From NCBI GenBank assembly GCA_010909165.1, contig VJWM01000354.1:1-42849 (forward strand): 42,849 bases of DNA. The letters run 5' to 3'. This document shows positions 27,060-39,083 of this stretch, piece after piece; position 1 is the first letter of the stretch, and each line of letters begins with the position of its first letter. The notes beneath the pieces were generated by a model. That model did no database searches. It saw only the letters and a program-made list of their open reading frames with translations, and had not been told where the DNA came from. This DNA is from Anthoceros angustus. Taxonomy: Eukaryota > Plantae > Anthocerotophyta. A program made the translations under genes and the position numbers.

Positions 27060-29900
27060 CACGTTTTGATATTGGCCATCCCATCGGTGATACCACCGTT
27101 CTCGCAGGCTGTATGTAATGAAATCGCTGCTCGTGATGTGTGCGGAATTCTACTGCGGTTGCGAAGAGCATCGACATTTCAATTGGGCAGCGAACTTTTG
27201 AGAAATTGAAGCCGTATTTTGTGAAGAGCTGCGAGAGCGGAACTTGTCTTATTCTTGGTATCATGTGGAAATGGCCTTTCTCAAGGGCTTTCAATGCTAT
27301 GCTGTTGTCTTTCAAGTGTGCATCAGGTCAATGTCATGTCCATGTGACATATGTGCTCCCCAACAAGGTGACGGGCTTGTTCAAGAGTGTAGTGCAACAC
27401 ATGTGTTGTATCGAGGATGTTGTCACGAAATTGCTTGTGTGCGAAGGAGGCAAGCCGGATGGCACAACCTCGCATGTTTGCGGCACTTGTGGCGTGTGGG
27501 TGGGGCAAATTGGCCACATCACGAGTCATCGAATGATAAGCTTCCTCGGTCCGTCCTCGGTGGCGTTTTCAATACCAAGTCGTTGGTTCGACCAAGATGG
27601 GCATGAGAAGAAGCGGATCAAACTTGTTTTCATGGAGACTCATCCGGTGATTTTTGTCATGTACTTGAAAGAAAAATTGAAAGAGTTCATCCGCGATTTT
27701 TGTGCGGTGATGGCAAGGGTTGGAATTTCGTTGCTTGGAGTGGTTCCGTGATGTTGTCGTCTCTGTCATGGACTTGATCGAACTATGCGTTTGGTGTTCA
27801 AAGCGAAATTCAATCTATGCATTGGCATAATGACCGGTTTCGATTTTTGTCTTGGTGTTCTATAGGAGGACGGGTCCAATTGATGCAGGAACCGGCTGCT
27901 AACATCGACAAATACTATCACTTCTACATCGGTGATGATATGGTCCACGATACTTTTTGTAAACGCCTCATGTTGCATTGGCGGTGGATGCGTGATTCAG
28001 GTTTCGTGCCGGGAACATTGGTGTTGGTCGATGGGGCAGCTAGTCAATTTAAAGCATGTAGGCCTTCTTACTTTGTTGCGCACCCTAGCTTGACCGGTGG
28101 TTGCAAGATGCTATGGTCGTTCTTTGGCGTGGCAAAGGCGAACATGACGGAGCAGTGCAATCTTGAAAAGGGCATTGCTGCAGTCCTCTCCGAATGCTCC
28201 TCATGCGCCTCGATGTTGTCACCTACTTAAGAGAACATCTCAGTGCAACAACGTGCATGAAGTGGAGAGCATCGACATTTCAATTGGGCAGCGAACTTTT
28301 GAGAAATTGAAGCCGTATTTTGTGAAGAGCTGCGAGAGCGGAACTTGTCTTATTCTTGGTATCATGTGGAAATGGCCTTTCTCAAGGACGCTTTCAATGC
28401 TATGCGTTGTCTTTCAAGTGTGCATCAGGTCAATGTCATGTCCATGTGACATATGTGCTCCCCAACAAGGTGACGGGCTTGTTCAAGAGTGTAGTGCAAC
28501 ACATGTGTTGTATCGAGGATGTTGTCGAAATTGCTTGTGTGCGAAGGAGGCAAGCTGGATGGCACAACCTCGCATGTTTGCGGCACTTGTGGCGTGGGGT
28601 GGCAAATTGGCCACGAGTCATCGAATGATAAGCTTCCTCGGTCCGTCCTCGGTGGCGCCGTTTTCAATACCAAGTCGTTGGTTCGACCAAGATGGGCATG
28701 AGAAGAAGCGGATCAAACTTGTTTTCATGGAGACTCATCCGGTGATTTTTGTCATGTACTTGAAAGAAAAATTGAAAGAGTTCATCCGCGATTTTTGTGC
28801 GGTGATGGCAAGGGTTGGAATTTCGTTGCTTGGAGTGGTTCCGTGATGTTGTCGTCTCTGTCATGGACTTGATCGAACTATGCGTTTGGTGTTCAAAGCG
28901 AAATTCAATCTATGCATTGGCATAATGACCGGTTTCGATTTTTGTCTTGGTGTTCTATAGGAGGACGGGTCCAATTGATGCAGGAACCGGCTGCTAACAT
29001 CGACAAATACTATCACTTCTACATCGGTGATGATATGGTCCACGATACTTTTTGTAAACGCCTCATGTTGCATTGGCGGTGGATGCGTGATTCAGGTTTC
29101 GTGCCGGGAACATTGGTGTTGGTCGATGGGGCAGCTAGTCAATTTAAAGCATGTAGGCCTTCTTACTTTGTTGCGCACCCTAGCTTGACCGGTGGTTGCA
29201 AGATGCTATGGTCGTTCTTTGGCGTGGCAAAGGCGAACATGACGGAGCAGTGCAATCTTGAAAAGGGCATTGCTGCAGTCCTCTCCGAATGCTCCTCATG
29301 CGCCTCGATGTTGTCACCTACTTAAGAGAACATCTCAGTGCAACAACGTGCATGAAGTGGAGAGCATCATCCATAGGAGCTTCGTGATTGGGAAAACCGA
29401 GGTGAGCAGGAGGAACAAGTTTAATTGTGACCCAATACAGGTCAAAAAATGCATAGCATATATGGTTTCGTTCTGGACCCAACTCAAAAAAATCGCATGT
29501 TGGCATGTACATCTTGTTGTCTTGATCGCATTCTCTATGTGAAGCCCATGCGAGGATCTGGAGACTCGTATCCATTAGGCCACATGGACAACCCACAGGC
29601 GTACTCGGAGAAGAGGCCGGGATCTTAGTGCGGATACCTTCCGCCGTTGCTACTCGGGAGGAACAAGGAGCTTTGGAAACTACCGTTGATGGCCTTGACG
29701 ATGATGCTATGGAGGATGTGTCGGACATGGCGACCTCCTAGAAGTTGGTGATACGTTTGTTGTACGCGGCATCGAGGCGAGGGGCAATTGTTTTACCTTG
29801 TGCGTTGCACACGGTTGAAGCAAACCCTCTGTAACAAGTGGTGCCCTTGGAGCAACTCAACATTCCGAGTGGGAGAAGTGGTTGTCTGTGGTACTACACA
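27060..29900 (+). pseudogene. DDE-type DNA transposase (superfamily not assigned), frameshifted and partly duplicated
   Basis: SIGQRTFEKLKPYFVK, Cys clusters, SEIQSMHWHN, YHFYIGDD.VHD, DGAASQFK, WSFFG..GKGEHDGA.AILKRAL (read across indels). These motifs resemble eukaryotic RNase-H-fold transposases as recalled from TE proteins; no search was run. Confidence 0.7.
27165..29368. repeat. Tandem duplication ~1.1 kb inside the transposase
   Basis: ORFs 27817-28230 and 28912-29325 translate identically. AGAGCATC is present at 27165, 28266 and 29361. Confidence 0.92.
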
Positions 29901-30099
29901 CTCCACACGTCTGTGTACACACTGGTGAAGAGAATGAGGAGTGCACCCTTCATGCCCATTGTGTCCTAAGTTGCAAGATTGGGTGCGGGTGTACACGATA
30001 GTGAAGGTGTGGTCTCGACCACGCAAGCGACTGGTCACTAACTATTTGCTCACTAACCGGTTGTCACTAACTGTGGCGCCAGTGCACCAGTTATTTTGC

Positions 30100-33000
30100 A
30101 AATGGGTCTTGTCCATGTTAACACGTTGATACATGGCTTCTTTAGGGGTCTGAAGGTCCAAGCGGGATGCACACAGATATGCCGATTGCATTCATGCAAA
30201 ACACTTATTCGTGGAATTTGCTTACAAGGGCATTTGCATTAAAAGTTGAGTTCTGGTCTCGGGACACATGATTATCCGCCACACGTTGAAGCCCACTTTC
30301 GCCAATTGACCGGGCGTGGTGTCCACAGGCCTTGTCCTTGGTGGCACATAGCAGGCTTTAAATGGCGTGGCCCCTGGCGGGTCAGTCACGCATCTTTCGC
30401 CTGAGCTACAAGAATGCAATGGCCGCCATGTGCTCTAACTTGGGTCTTGTGATTTGTCGAACCCTGCACGCAGCCTCCTCTGGTTCCGCCCTTGATCTGG
30501 GAGAAGCCATGGGCAGCCGAGGCAAGGAGCTTGATGGAAGCGAAGGTTTTGGCCGCAATGCGGAAGTTCCAAGATCGACCGTGGGCGGTGGCGGCGTCGG
30601 GCTTGAAGAGGGGCGTGGATGCCATATGCCGGAAGACCTCAAGTCGCAGAATTGCGAGGAAGGGATGTCGACCGTGTTGTTGAGGATGATTGTGACATGG
30701 CGTGTGTTATAGACAATGAATCAAGGATGGCGGTGGAAAGTGGCGACTCTTGATGGCAGGTTTGCTACGCAATGGAAGCATCTTTGTAGCTACGGTCTTG
30801 TGATTGGGGCCGTCTTCCACATTCTTTGGATAGCTGGACATGGCGTGCATGTTGTTGTCGAAGCCCTTTTAGGCGGCGTGCTTGGATGTAGTTGTTACCC
30901 AAGCCTCGTAACCCATCCCTCAGTTGAACGAGTTGGAAAGGATGTTGTGTGGCATGTGCTAATGCAAGACGGGGTGAAGGCATGTTTCGTTAATGTCAAG
31001 TGCAGAGGTAAATCTTGTTGCCTCATGTCGGCAAGTTTATCAGTGACCATTGTATGTGGATCAACCAAAAAAGCAAATCGGGCCTCCTTAACAACCCTAC
31101 ATTTAGCCATGGGTGCCTAGAAACTCAAAACCACGCACGATTGCCGACCATACCGACCAAGACAATCACTTGACTTGAAGTCCCTCCTTGTCATGCTCCC
31201 TCTTAGCCACCCAGTCCGGATATTTGGCGATTGTGGGGCTCGGCCAATACACTGGATGTCTTGGGTAGCCTTGGGATGGCGATCATCTGAAGTTTGCCAA
31301 AACCATGTCCTCCTCTATTGCGGTGGGGTGACCACGGACACACGAGTTAAGGAGCTGGTACACCCCTCGAATTTGGCTCCCTCGTAATAATAAGCCATGA
31401 TCACCCATCGCCAATAGGAAACACCTTGCCGCTTTGCCATGCTTTGTCGAAAGCGGCTTGGCTAAATGACCGCGTCGATACGTAGCACATAGAACTCCAC
31501 ATGCTCTACATTTCCCTTGGGAGCCGGCACCATAAAGTTACTACACGGACCGTGTCCACTCATAAGACCTTGAGGCATGGGTGGGGCGGGCACTTCATCC
31601 ACATTCTCTCTCTGACCATTGAGCACCCTTGTGCTTCCCACGGATGTTTCTTTTGGGGCTGTTTCCCATTCTTCCTTTTCGATCCTCCCTGAACTTGGCC
31701 GAGGAGGTGGCGTCTACCGGACTCATGCATCTTGCTCTCCTTTCCTTCATTGGTTTTTCGATTCGCCCACGTGCTGAACTCGTCAACCATTTCAAAAGTC
31801 ACCATTTCATTCGGGCCCACCTTCTTCATTGGGCATGATGGGCCCACCACCACTTGCAAGAACACCGTCACGTCGACCAAGGTGAAGAGCACGACATTGA
31901 TTCACAGTTGCAAGTATGTTCCGGATCGATGCCTGACCGCGCCTCCACATCGCCGGATGCTCCAAAAGTTTTTGATGTTCGCGATTGAGGGTCATCCGCA
32001 ACAACCCTATCTGCTATAACTTGATTGGCACCAATCATCAGATCCACCGCGCCACCCTCATACGGATCTCCACCGCCACCACACACTGCTACCAAGCGGA
32101 CATCACCGGTTGTCGTCAATGCCAAATGGACACTTGGTCCGTCACTTGCCACATGATCCAAGATATTGGTGGGTAGAACACCACGACTCCTCTGCGATTC
32201 GTCACATTTATCAACACATTCAATTGCGCCACCTCCAAGTTATCACTTGATTCACAAGACTCTGGACACCACAACCATTTCATCACCTACATCCACACCT
32301 CCACTCGAATACCGGTGGAAGGCACGTATGCATGCTAAGACGCACCTACACCGTGACCAACGAGGCGGTGGGCGGCCACCGTTGTAGCTTGTCGTGGCTG
32401 GTCATCCTAGCGGACAAACATGTACTCAAAGTGTAGACAACAGATCTAGTTTCAACAAAGCAATGCCCTCACAAACCCACACACTGTCCTTCGGAGGAAC
32501 ACGCACATGCCAACTTGCGTGCATTCCTCACCAACTTCAACCCTGTGGGGACCTTGTGTCTGCGGCCTTGGTGGAGTAGGAGCTATGTCCGAGCGGAGGG
32601 CTCGTGTGGTCACTGTGGGGACAACGTCATCTTCAATTTGTGAGTCTAGCACCTGTACGAGTAATCATTTAAACATGCGCGAACAACGAGGCTTTTCCTC
32701 CGGGCATTGGGGTCTGCGAAGGAATTCACGTAGGCTTCATGTGCCTCCCTTCGCCTTGCAAGCAAATTCATCAGCTACACGGTGCGGAGAAATACGTTGA
32801 CATCGGCGTCGGTTGGCATAATTGCACCACGGACGAGTTCGATCTTTGTGAATGACAAAATTTAGTCGGACTTCCAACGAAAATGGACAAGACAACAAAC
32901 CGGAGGCGTGGAACATACATATTGGAGACTCAAGATTTTTTCTTTCTGGTGTGGCCAACCAATTCTTCTTGGTGATTGTGACTCAATGTCTTTCCATCGT

Positions 33001-33300
33001 GTCATGGTCGCGGGTCTCCAATGCACTCGAGGAACTCTTTCTCCCAAGTGTCTCTGGTCCTGTTCCCATGGAAGGAGCTTCTCCTCGGTGCTTTGATCAC
33101 CAACCCTTCGCTCTCAACCATGATGCAGGCACATCGCATTGCACCACGGACGTGGGCGGCAACAATGTTTGTCAAGTGCGATACAGTGAGATATCGTGGA
33201 AGCAATGGCCACATGGAGTGAACACATCTCGTTACTGCGTACCACACCGCCATGACACACATTACACTTTAGGACACACGAGCTTGCGGCTTTGAAGGAA
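30100..33300 (-). other. Fragmented coding-like cargo sequence of unknown function
   Basis: Many overlapping minus-strand ORF fragments, some Cys/Trp-rich; no recognisable family. Confidence 0.25.
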
Positions 33301-33388
33301 AACCAGGTTGCGTGAGAAAGGGATCACCTTGGCCTTGGCACCACATGACTAGGTGGTGCCAAGGCCACCTCTCCGCCACCCCACCACT

Positions 33389-33715
33389 ACATCACCAAGT
33401 CCAGAACCCATCCACGAAACCATGACATCACCAGCCACCACGCCCACCAACCTACCACTACATCACGAATGCCACCATGCCACCGACCTACCCCTACAGA
33501 AGGCCATAACCGCACACAAGCCATGCACTACATCACCAAGGCCACCAAAAGCTCACGGGACACCCGGATGAACACAGACCAATTCCTCACCATCCGTCAA
33601 GTGATCACCCACCCTTCCACCAGAGAACACATGAGTCACCACCCCTTGAGCACCCCTACCACCACCTCACCATCCGTGAGCGTCACAGCACCCAACCACA
33701 TGCGGCACATCACCA
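33389..33715 (-). repeat. Cluster of ACATCACCA 9-mers (reverse complement of the 26.7-27.0 kb motif)
   Basis: Exact copies at 33389, 33425, 33530, 33707; variant at 33460. Confidence 0.75.
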
Positions 33716-33879
33716 TAAGGAAAACATCACGGACACCTCGTCCGTGTGCAAGAAGAATCCACCCCTTACCGTACAAACACTACCTGCTCGGGGCATGACT
33801 TGGCGGGAGGCGGGAGCCGACACCACGCAGTGATCCATGTTACATGCTGTTGAAGCGGAGAACATCCTCATGTTTTCAA

Positions 33880-35630
33880 GAGAAGCCGGTGTCCGGAGCT
33901 TGTTCCTCACTTTTCTCCTTCAAGCGGTCAAACACCCTCGGAATATTTAGTTTTGTCAAGCCGAATTTGAATCTTTGTCTGAGTCTCGCGAATACTCTCG
34001 TCAAGCCCTCCACTATTCATGACCATGTCGGCAAGCTGGACCTTGGTGTTGCCCAAATCCAAGAGTGCCTCCTCCCCATCTTTTGACAAACAGCCTCCTC
34101 CAAAAGCTTCCAACTCGCACAATTTTTCCCAGGACCTCATCCATGACAACCTTTGGTGCCCATGGCTCAAGACACGTGCTGGCCGGTGTCACTTTTCTCG
34201 CCCACTGCAGCAATCAATTGGAGACTCCTCGTCTCCCTTCTTGCCGGCCTCCTCTTCTACATTCTTTGCGGCGGTCCGTCCTTCTTCATGGCCTTCAGCT
34301 TCCTCTTCCCAACTCGGAGCTCCAGATTCTTTGGGAGGATCGCCGTGGGCTTCTCGGCTCACGGCAGTGGAACACTCTTCCACATCAACCTCCGCTCTGC
34401 ATCATCACCGCCACCACAACAGTTGTGAAGAATCGTTGTATTCTGCGGATGGGACTTCCACACCTGTGATTTCTTCTCCATCGCATCGCCTTATCCCGCT
34501 TCCTCTTCTCAAGCCTAAATAGTACTCAAACCAATTCACACGCTTGCCAAGCTTCTTCTCGATTAGGAACCCAAGTGCCACAAACCGTGGCACCCTTTGC
34601 GATGCAACTGGAGCCCGCCCATACTTCTCAACAAGACTATCAACATGCGTCCACTCTGTCGAGAGGGTCATGATCCCCAAGAGGTATCCATCGTTCCCAT
34701 TAGTGACATCCCCAAAATGCCTCTTGATCTCATCTTCACCTCCAATAGCCTCCTTTAGTCCAACTCGTAGTTGACATCTCACATTCACACCGTAGTTGAC
34801 AATTCCATATCACCGTAGTGCCAACACCAATGCTCCCCACAATTTTTCAGAATGTCGTGTCCTTGCAGCCGCACACCTTTGCGCTCTATCCAACCTAGCC
34901 TTTGGCGCCTAGCGTTCTGTCCATCTTGCTTGCAGGAGGCGCTTGACACACCACCGGAAGTATCGCCGGCGCTCCGCCCAGAGCCTTCACCCTACTCGCT
35001 AGTGACATGGTGTCCTTCACCTCAAGCGGTGGTGCCTTGTCCTTCTCCCGTTTGGCACCAGCGCTCCTCGTTCAGGCGGGCGGCCGCGTGGCGAACCCAA
35101 ACGCCTTCGCACAAACCCACCGCCTATTGCCTGCACCACCGAGCTCCCAAATCCGGCCGTAGAAAGCGTTCGACTCCAAGCGGGTTCTCACGATCCACCG
35201 CCACACACCTACTATTCCGCGCGAAAGCTCTAGCGAAGACATATAGGGACTCACCAGGAAAACCTCAAGGGTGGTGCCTGAGTTCGCCCACCACTGCCGC
35301 GCACCACAACGCTCCACGTTCCACGAAAAAGGCCGCACGACGGACCAAACGCCCTCGCAAAGCCACGCCGCACCACCGAGCTACCGTCCGGCGTAAGCGG
35401 TTCCGACCCCAAGCGACCAGCGCAATCACCTGCCGTCACACCACCTATTGCCCGACATAGCTCTAGCAAAACCCATGTAGGGACTCCACATGGTGACAAC
35501 GTCCTCCTGACTGCCGTCAAGGTTGAGCTCGATCGTGATGCATGCACAAATCCAATGCTTGTGAGTCTCAACATTAGGAGCACGATGGAAGTGGATAACC
35601 TCATTATCACCCTTAAAAGTCAACGAGCAT
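33880..35630 (-). pseudogene. Transposon-associated protein, possibly plant-mobile-domain-like, with acidic region and coiled-coil C-terminus
   Basis: IKRHFGD..GY..EKYGRAPV..VPRFVALGFLIEKKLGKRVNWFEY, then E/K-rich and heptad-like LGNTKVQLADM..IRETQTKIQIRL. The PMD resemblance is from memory only. Confidence 0.35.
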
Positions 35631-36468
35631 CCCGCTCGTTTCCTCTGCCTTCCCCGTCGGTCACTTACGAGTTTGTATAATAAATTGTCCCTAGCATATA
35701 TAGCAAGACTTAAACCAATAATATATCAAATAAATCAATTTTCCAAATAAAAAATTAAATATATCTATGAAGTTAAAAGCGAATAGCCCTAAAAATATCG
35801 GTCAAAATGGGCATAATTTCAATTGTTAAAAAATCTGAACGTAATGCAAAACACCACTTAGAGACTGCCTGCTTCCGAAATTAGTGGTCACCTAACCATG
35901 CTCACACCACCTAAGCCGATGTCGATGCACTATGCTTATAGGTACTCATTGCGAATGGCTAAGTCCCTTTCAAAACTATGGCTTGAAAGGAAAAATAACT
36001 AGGTTAGCTATGTCTGGCCGTATTTAATCCTAAATGATACTCATGTGATACTAACGATGCGTGTCCAGGGGGCTAGTTGAGGGGACAAATTGGGAGGGAT
36101 GGATGATGGTCTCCCCTAAGCTAGCTCCCTGATCAATTCTCGGATGCGAAAGGTGTAAGTGTGAAAAAGACACAACTTTTCAAAAGTATCGTTTGAGTTC
36201 TTTAATTAGGGTTTCTAACCGACACTTCTTAGTCTTGTGAACAGACATGTCAGTTGATGGACCAAACAAAAGCAAAGAGATGCAAGCAGGCCAAGAGTCA
36301 GTAATGCAATTGTGACGCTTTGAATCCACGCCAAGAGCCACTGCTGACGATGCGCACCGCTTCGCGTCTCCAGCGCTCCCCGCCAGCGGAAGCAGGGTCA
36401 TAGGATGGAATCTCCGCTCGCTGGCAAGAATTATGTGGAAAATCCTTGGCCAAGATCCATCGCACGCA

Positions 36469-37131
36469 TCATTCCAAAGAATCCTGAGATGTTTCCAATT
36501 CGGAAATTTGAGTGTCGGCGACTTGCATGAGCGACACCGTCTCGTGGATGTGCTGATTGAAGAGGAGTTTCTCAAGGGAAGTCCCTAAGGAACCTCCATC
36601 GATTTTGCTTGTCTTCACCAATCTCACAACTTGCTTCTTGTAGGAAGTAGATTTTCCAGCAGCAACTGCGTCGTCTGCTGCAGATGTTTCTCCCCTCAGC
36701 CACCTAATTGTCCTGTGGTGATTTGGATAATTGCACACTTCATCCAAAGTTTGTAATTCCCAGTCAGCAATAGGACAGAATCTAGGTGTGTTGGGGAATA
36801 AGGCTGAAGTTGTGGATTCCTCCTCAGCACGCTTGACGAATGGTTGAGAACGAGGATCAGGCTGGTTCCTAGCTATGCACCGGGCTCGGTAGAGGGAATC
36901 TACTTCAGAGGTTCTCAACTGCTGCAGCCTGATGGCACGCGCTCTGGAACTTGCTGTGCCCTCATTTCTATCAACCCACTGTCTTAGCCGTATGTTAGGG
37001 TAGTTAGCCTCGTACAGATCCAGAACAGAGTCTATAGGAACTTGGTTTGTGTTTTGTAGCCTACTAGTACTACCACAACGTCGTCTCCTTTGTTGACATC
37101 GATCTGCACGAGGTCTACCCCGGCCAGGCAT
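36469..37131 (-). CDS. Unknown 220-aa ORF directly after the PBS of copia B
   Basis: ATG ~30 nt after the PBS, MPGRGRPRADRCQQRRRR..., open to 36469. It may continue by frameshift into the 36180-36575 frame. Confidence 0.55.
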   Translation of the reverse strand: MPGRGRPRADRCQQRRRRCGSTSRLQNTNQVPIDSVLDLYEANYPNIRLRQWVDRNEGTASSRARAIRLQQLRTSEVDSLYRARCIARNQPDPRSQPFVKRAEEESTTSALFPNTPRFCPIADWELQTLDEVCNYPNHHRTIRWLRGETSAADDAVAAGKSTSYKKQVVRLVKTSKIDGGSLGTSLEKLLFNQHIHETVSLMQVADTQISELETSQDSLE

Positions 37132-37334
37132 TATGCCTTGAGAAAAGTAGAGAGCATTTGGAGCTCTGATACCATGAGAATTTACGGAGAGTAGTTTGGT
37201 GCAACAAAACTTGATACAAAACAATAAATTGAATACAAAATTGTATGTGTATATTGTTTAAATACTAAACTCTGAAACGGTTCACTTAATGAAACCCTAA
37301 GTTCTTTATCCTAATGTTGGCTTTATTTCCAACA

Positions 37335-38690
37335 AAGCATAGCCAAGTACAAGGCTAGGTTAGTAGCCCGTGGTTTTTCACAAGTCCCTGGTTTAGACTA
37401 TCATGACACCTTCTCCCCTGTTGTAAAGGCTCAGTCCCTAAGAGTTCTGTTGGTTACAGGTTCCGCTTTTTCCAAGACATCCACCAAATGGATGTTAAAA
37501 CGGCATTCCTACATGGGAAATTAGAGGAAGAGATCTTCATGCAAACTGAGGATATGAGCTACCGAAGTGAGGATTGGGTGTAAGCTCTTGAAGACCTTAT
37601 ATGGTGAGTCCTCTGCAAAAGTGCATAGATGAATTCTTGATAGGTCCGGCCTTAAAAGTTGCTGTCGACACAACCGTATCTCCCTCAAGAGAAAGGCGGT
37701 TTGTTATTTTGGCACTCTATGTAGATGATTGTATTTTTTGGGAACACACATGGAAGGATTACCCGTGTTAAAGGTCTCATTGCCGGGTCGTTTCGACATG
37801 GTGGACGTTGGAGAGCTTTCCACCGCTTTGAACTTCGCCCAGAGAGACATGCCACAATGAACATTGTCAAGAAAAGTACATCTATGATATGTTGTTCAAG
37901 TACAAACTTACTGAAGCCAAGACAGCTCTCACTCCTCTTGAAGCTGGTTGCAAGTTGTCTGTTCAGCAGTCTCCACAGACTGCCCAAGAGAAGCATGAGA
38001 TGGAGGCTGTGCCATACGCACAAGCAGTGGGGTCACTCATATTTTGCTCAAATCACACTCGACCAGATGTTGCTCTGCCATTTAGCTTGGTGTCCCAATA
38101 CCTGAAGGAGCCAGGCAGAGCCCATTGGTCAGCAACCAAGAGAATTCTGAGGTATCTCAAAGGGACTAGTGGCCATGGAATTCACTACACAAGACGAAGC
38201 GATGGAGAGGAAGACCTTACTCTCATAGGATACTGTGATGCTGACTGGGCAGCGGACCAAGACACGAGAAGGTCAGTTTCCGCCTATGCCTTCTTACTTG
38301 CAGGTGGAGCAGTTACATGGTCGTCGAAGAAACAAACAATCAAGCTTCCTTATCTTCCACCGGGCGTAATATTCCGCCTCGATTCAAGCTGCGAAGGAAG
38401 CAATCTGGCTGCGATGACTCCTAGCGGATATGGGTCAGGAGCAGAAGAGTCCCACAGCTTATCTATTGTGACAACTACCGCCTTGCTTTCTAGCTCTAAC
38501 CAGCTTACCATGCCCGAACTAAGCATATGTGGCGCATCACCACTTTGTGAGGCATGCAGCTGAGACCAAACAGTGAGGTTAGAGTATATTCCAACTGTAA
38601 TGCGTATAGACTTACCAAAGCATTATCACAGATAGAGATTGATGCACGAATGTGGCATCACGACTTTATGCAAGTCGAAAGCTGCTGTCA
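37335..38690 (+). pseudogene. Copia A RT-RNase H (3' part)
   Basis: IAKYKARLVARGFSQVPGLDYHDTFSPVVK, LALYVDD, PYAQAVGSLIF..TRPDVA, KRILRYLKGT, LIGYCDADWAADQDTRRS. Confidence 0.92.
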
Positions 38691-38810
38691 TTAAAGCAAG
38701 TTCTCCACGCTGCATGATCTTCAAATGAAAAGTTGAAGTCGCAAATGCATTGAGGAGAGGAGTGCCTTGAGCATAGGCAAGCAAGGGTGCTCAATCACGA
38801 AGAGCATAAT

Positions 38811-39083
38811 GCTCTGATACCATGATGAGAATCAATAGCTCTTAGATAGAAGAGATACAATACAATGAATTGATTAAAGAGTAAAGTACAAGCCTTTATA
38901 TAGGCCAGGTGGTTATCGTGGTTATTACAATATGTTGTTGTAACCACTAAGTTGTTGCAACTAATATAACAACTAACTATCTAGAGCAACTAACTAGGTA
39001 ACTACTAAATGCCCTAGGTCTAAATTAATGTTTAAGTAAAACGGCCCTAATGAATAGTGCCCTAAGCTAGATATATTTCATCA
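38811..39083 (-). mobile_element. LTR (38823-39083) plus PBS of a further element E, inserted in D gag; internal region essentially absent
   Basis: gctctgatacca at 38811-38822 next to a 261-bp AT-rich segment bounded by TGATGA..TCATCA inverted ends. Confidence 0.7.

Larger units (their letters stand above)
25200..35700. mobile_element. Large DNA-transposon-like insertion inside B (termini not resolved)
   Basis: A non-retroelement block separates B's 5' ORF from its gag. It contains a DDE transposase and convergent minus-strand ORFs. No TIR or TSD was identified, so the boundaries are approximate. Confidence 0.55.
17064..37334 (-). mobile_element. Ty1/copia LTR retrotransposon B nested in the RT of A
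   Basis: 160-bp LTRs (TGTTGG..TTCTCA on minus); 5' LTR 37175-37334 followed by PBS TGGTATCAGAGC (37163-37174); PPT AGAGGAG before the 3' LTR; 5-bp TSD AAGCA at 17059-17063 and 37335-37339. Removing B restores RT LKYKADGS-IAKYKARLVARGF. Confidence 0.9.
13345..38762 (+). mobile_element. Ty1/copia LTR retrotransposon A (outer element, interrupted by B; 3' LTR not found)
   Basis: 5' LTR ending ..GGAACA, PBS, gag, then PR-INT-RT-RH order. RT is split at 17063/37335. Purine tract GAGGAGAGGAG ~38752-38762. Confidence 0.88.

Noticed and set aside
38771-38775. GCATA matching the 5 nt before A's inferred 5' LTR (possible TSD)
   Set aside because: A's LTR start is only inferred, no 3' LTR is present, and the 5-mer recurs nearby by chance.
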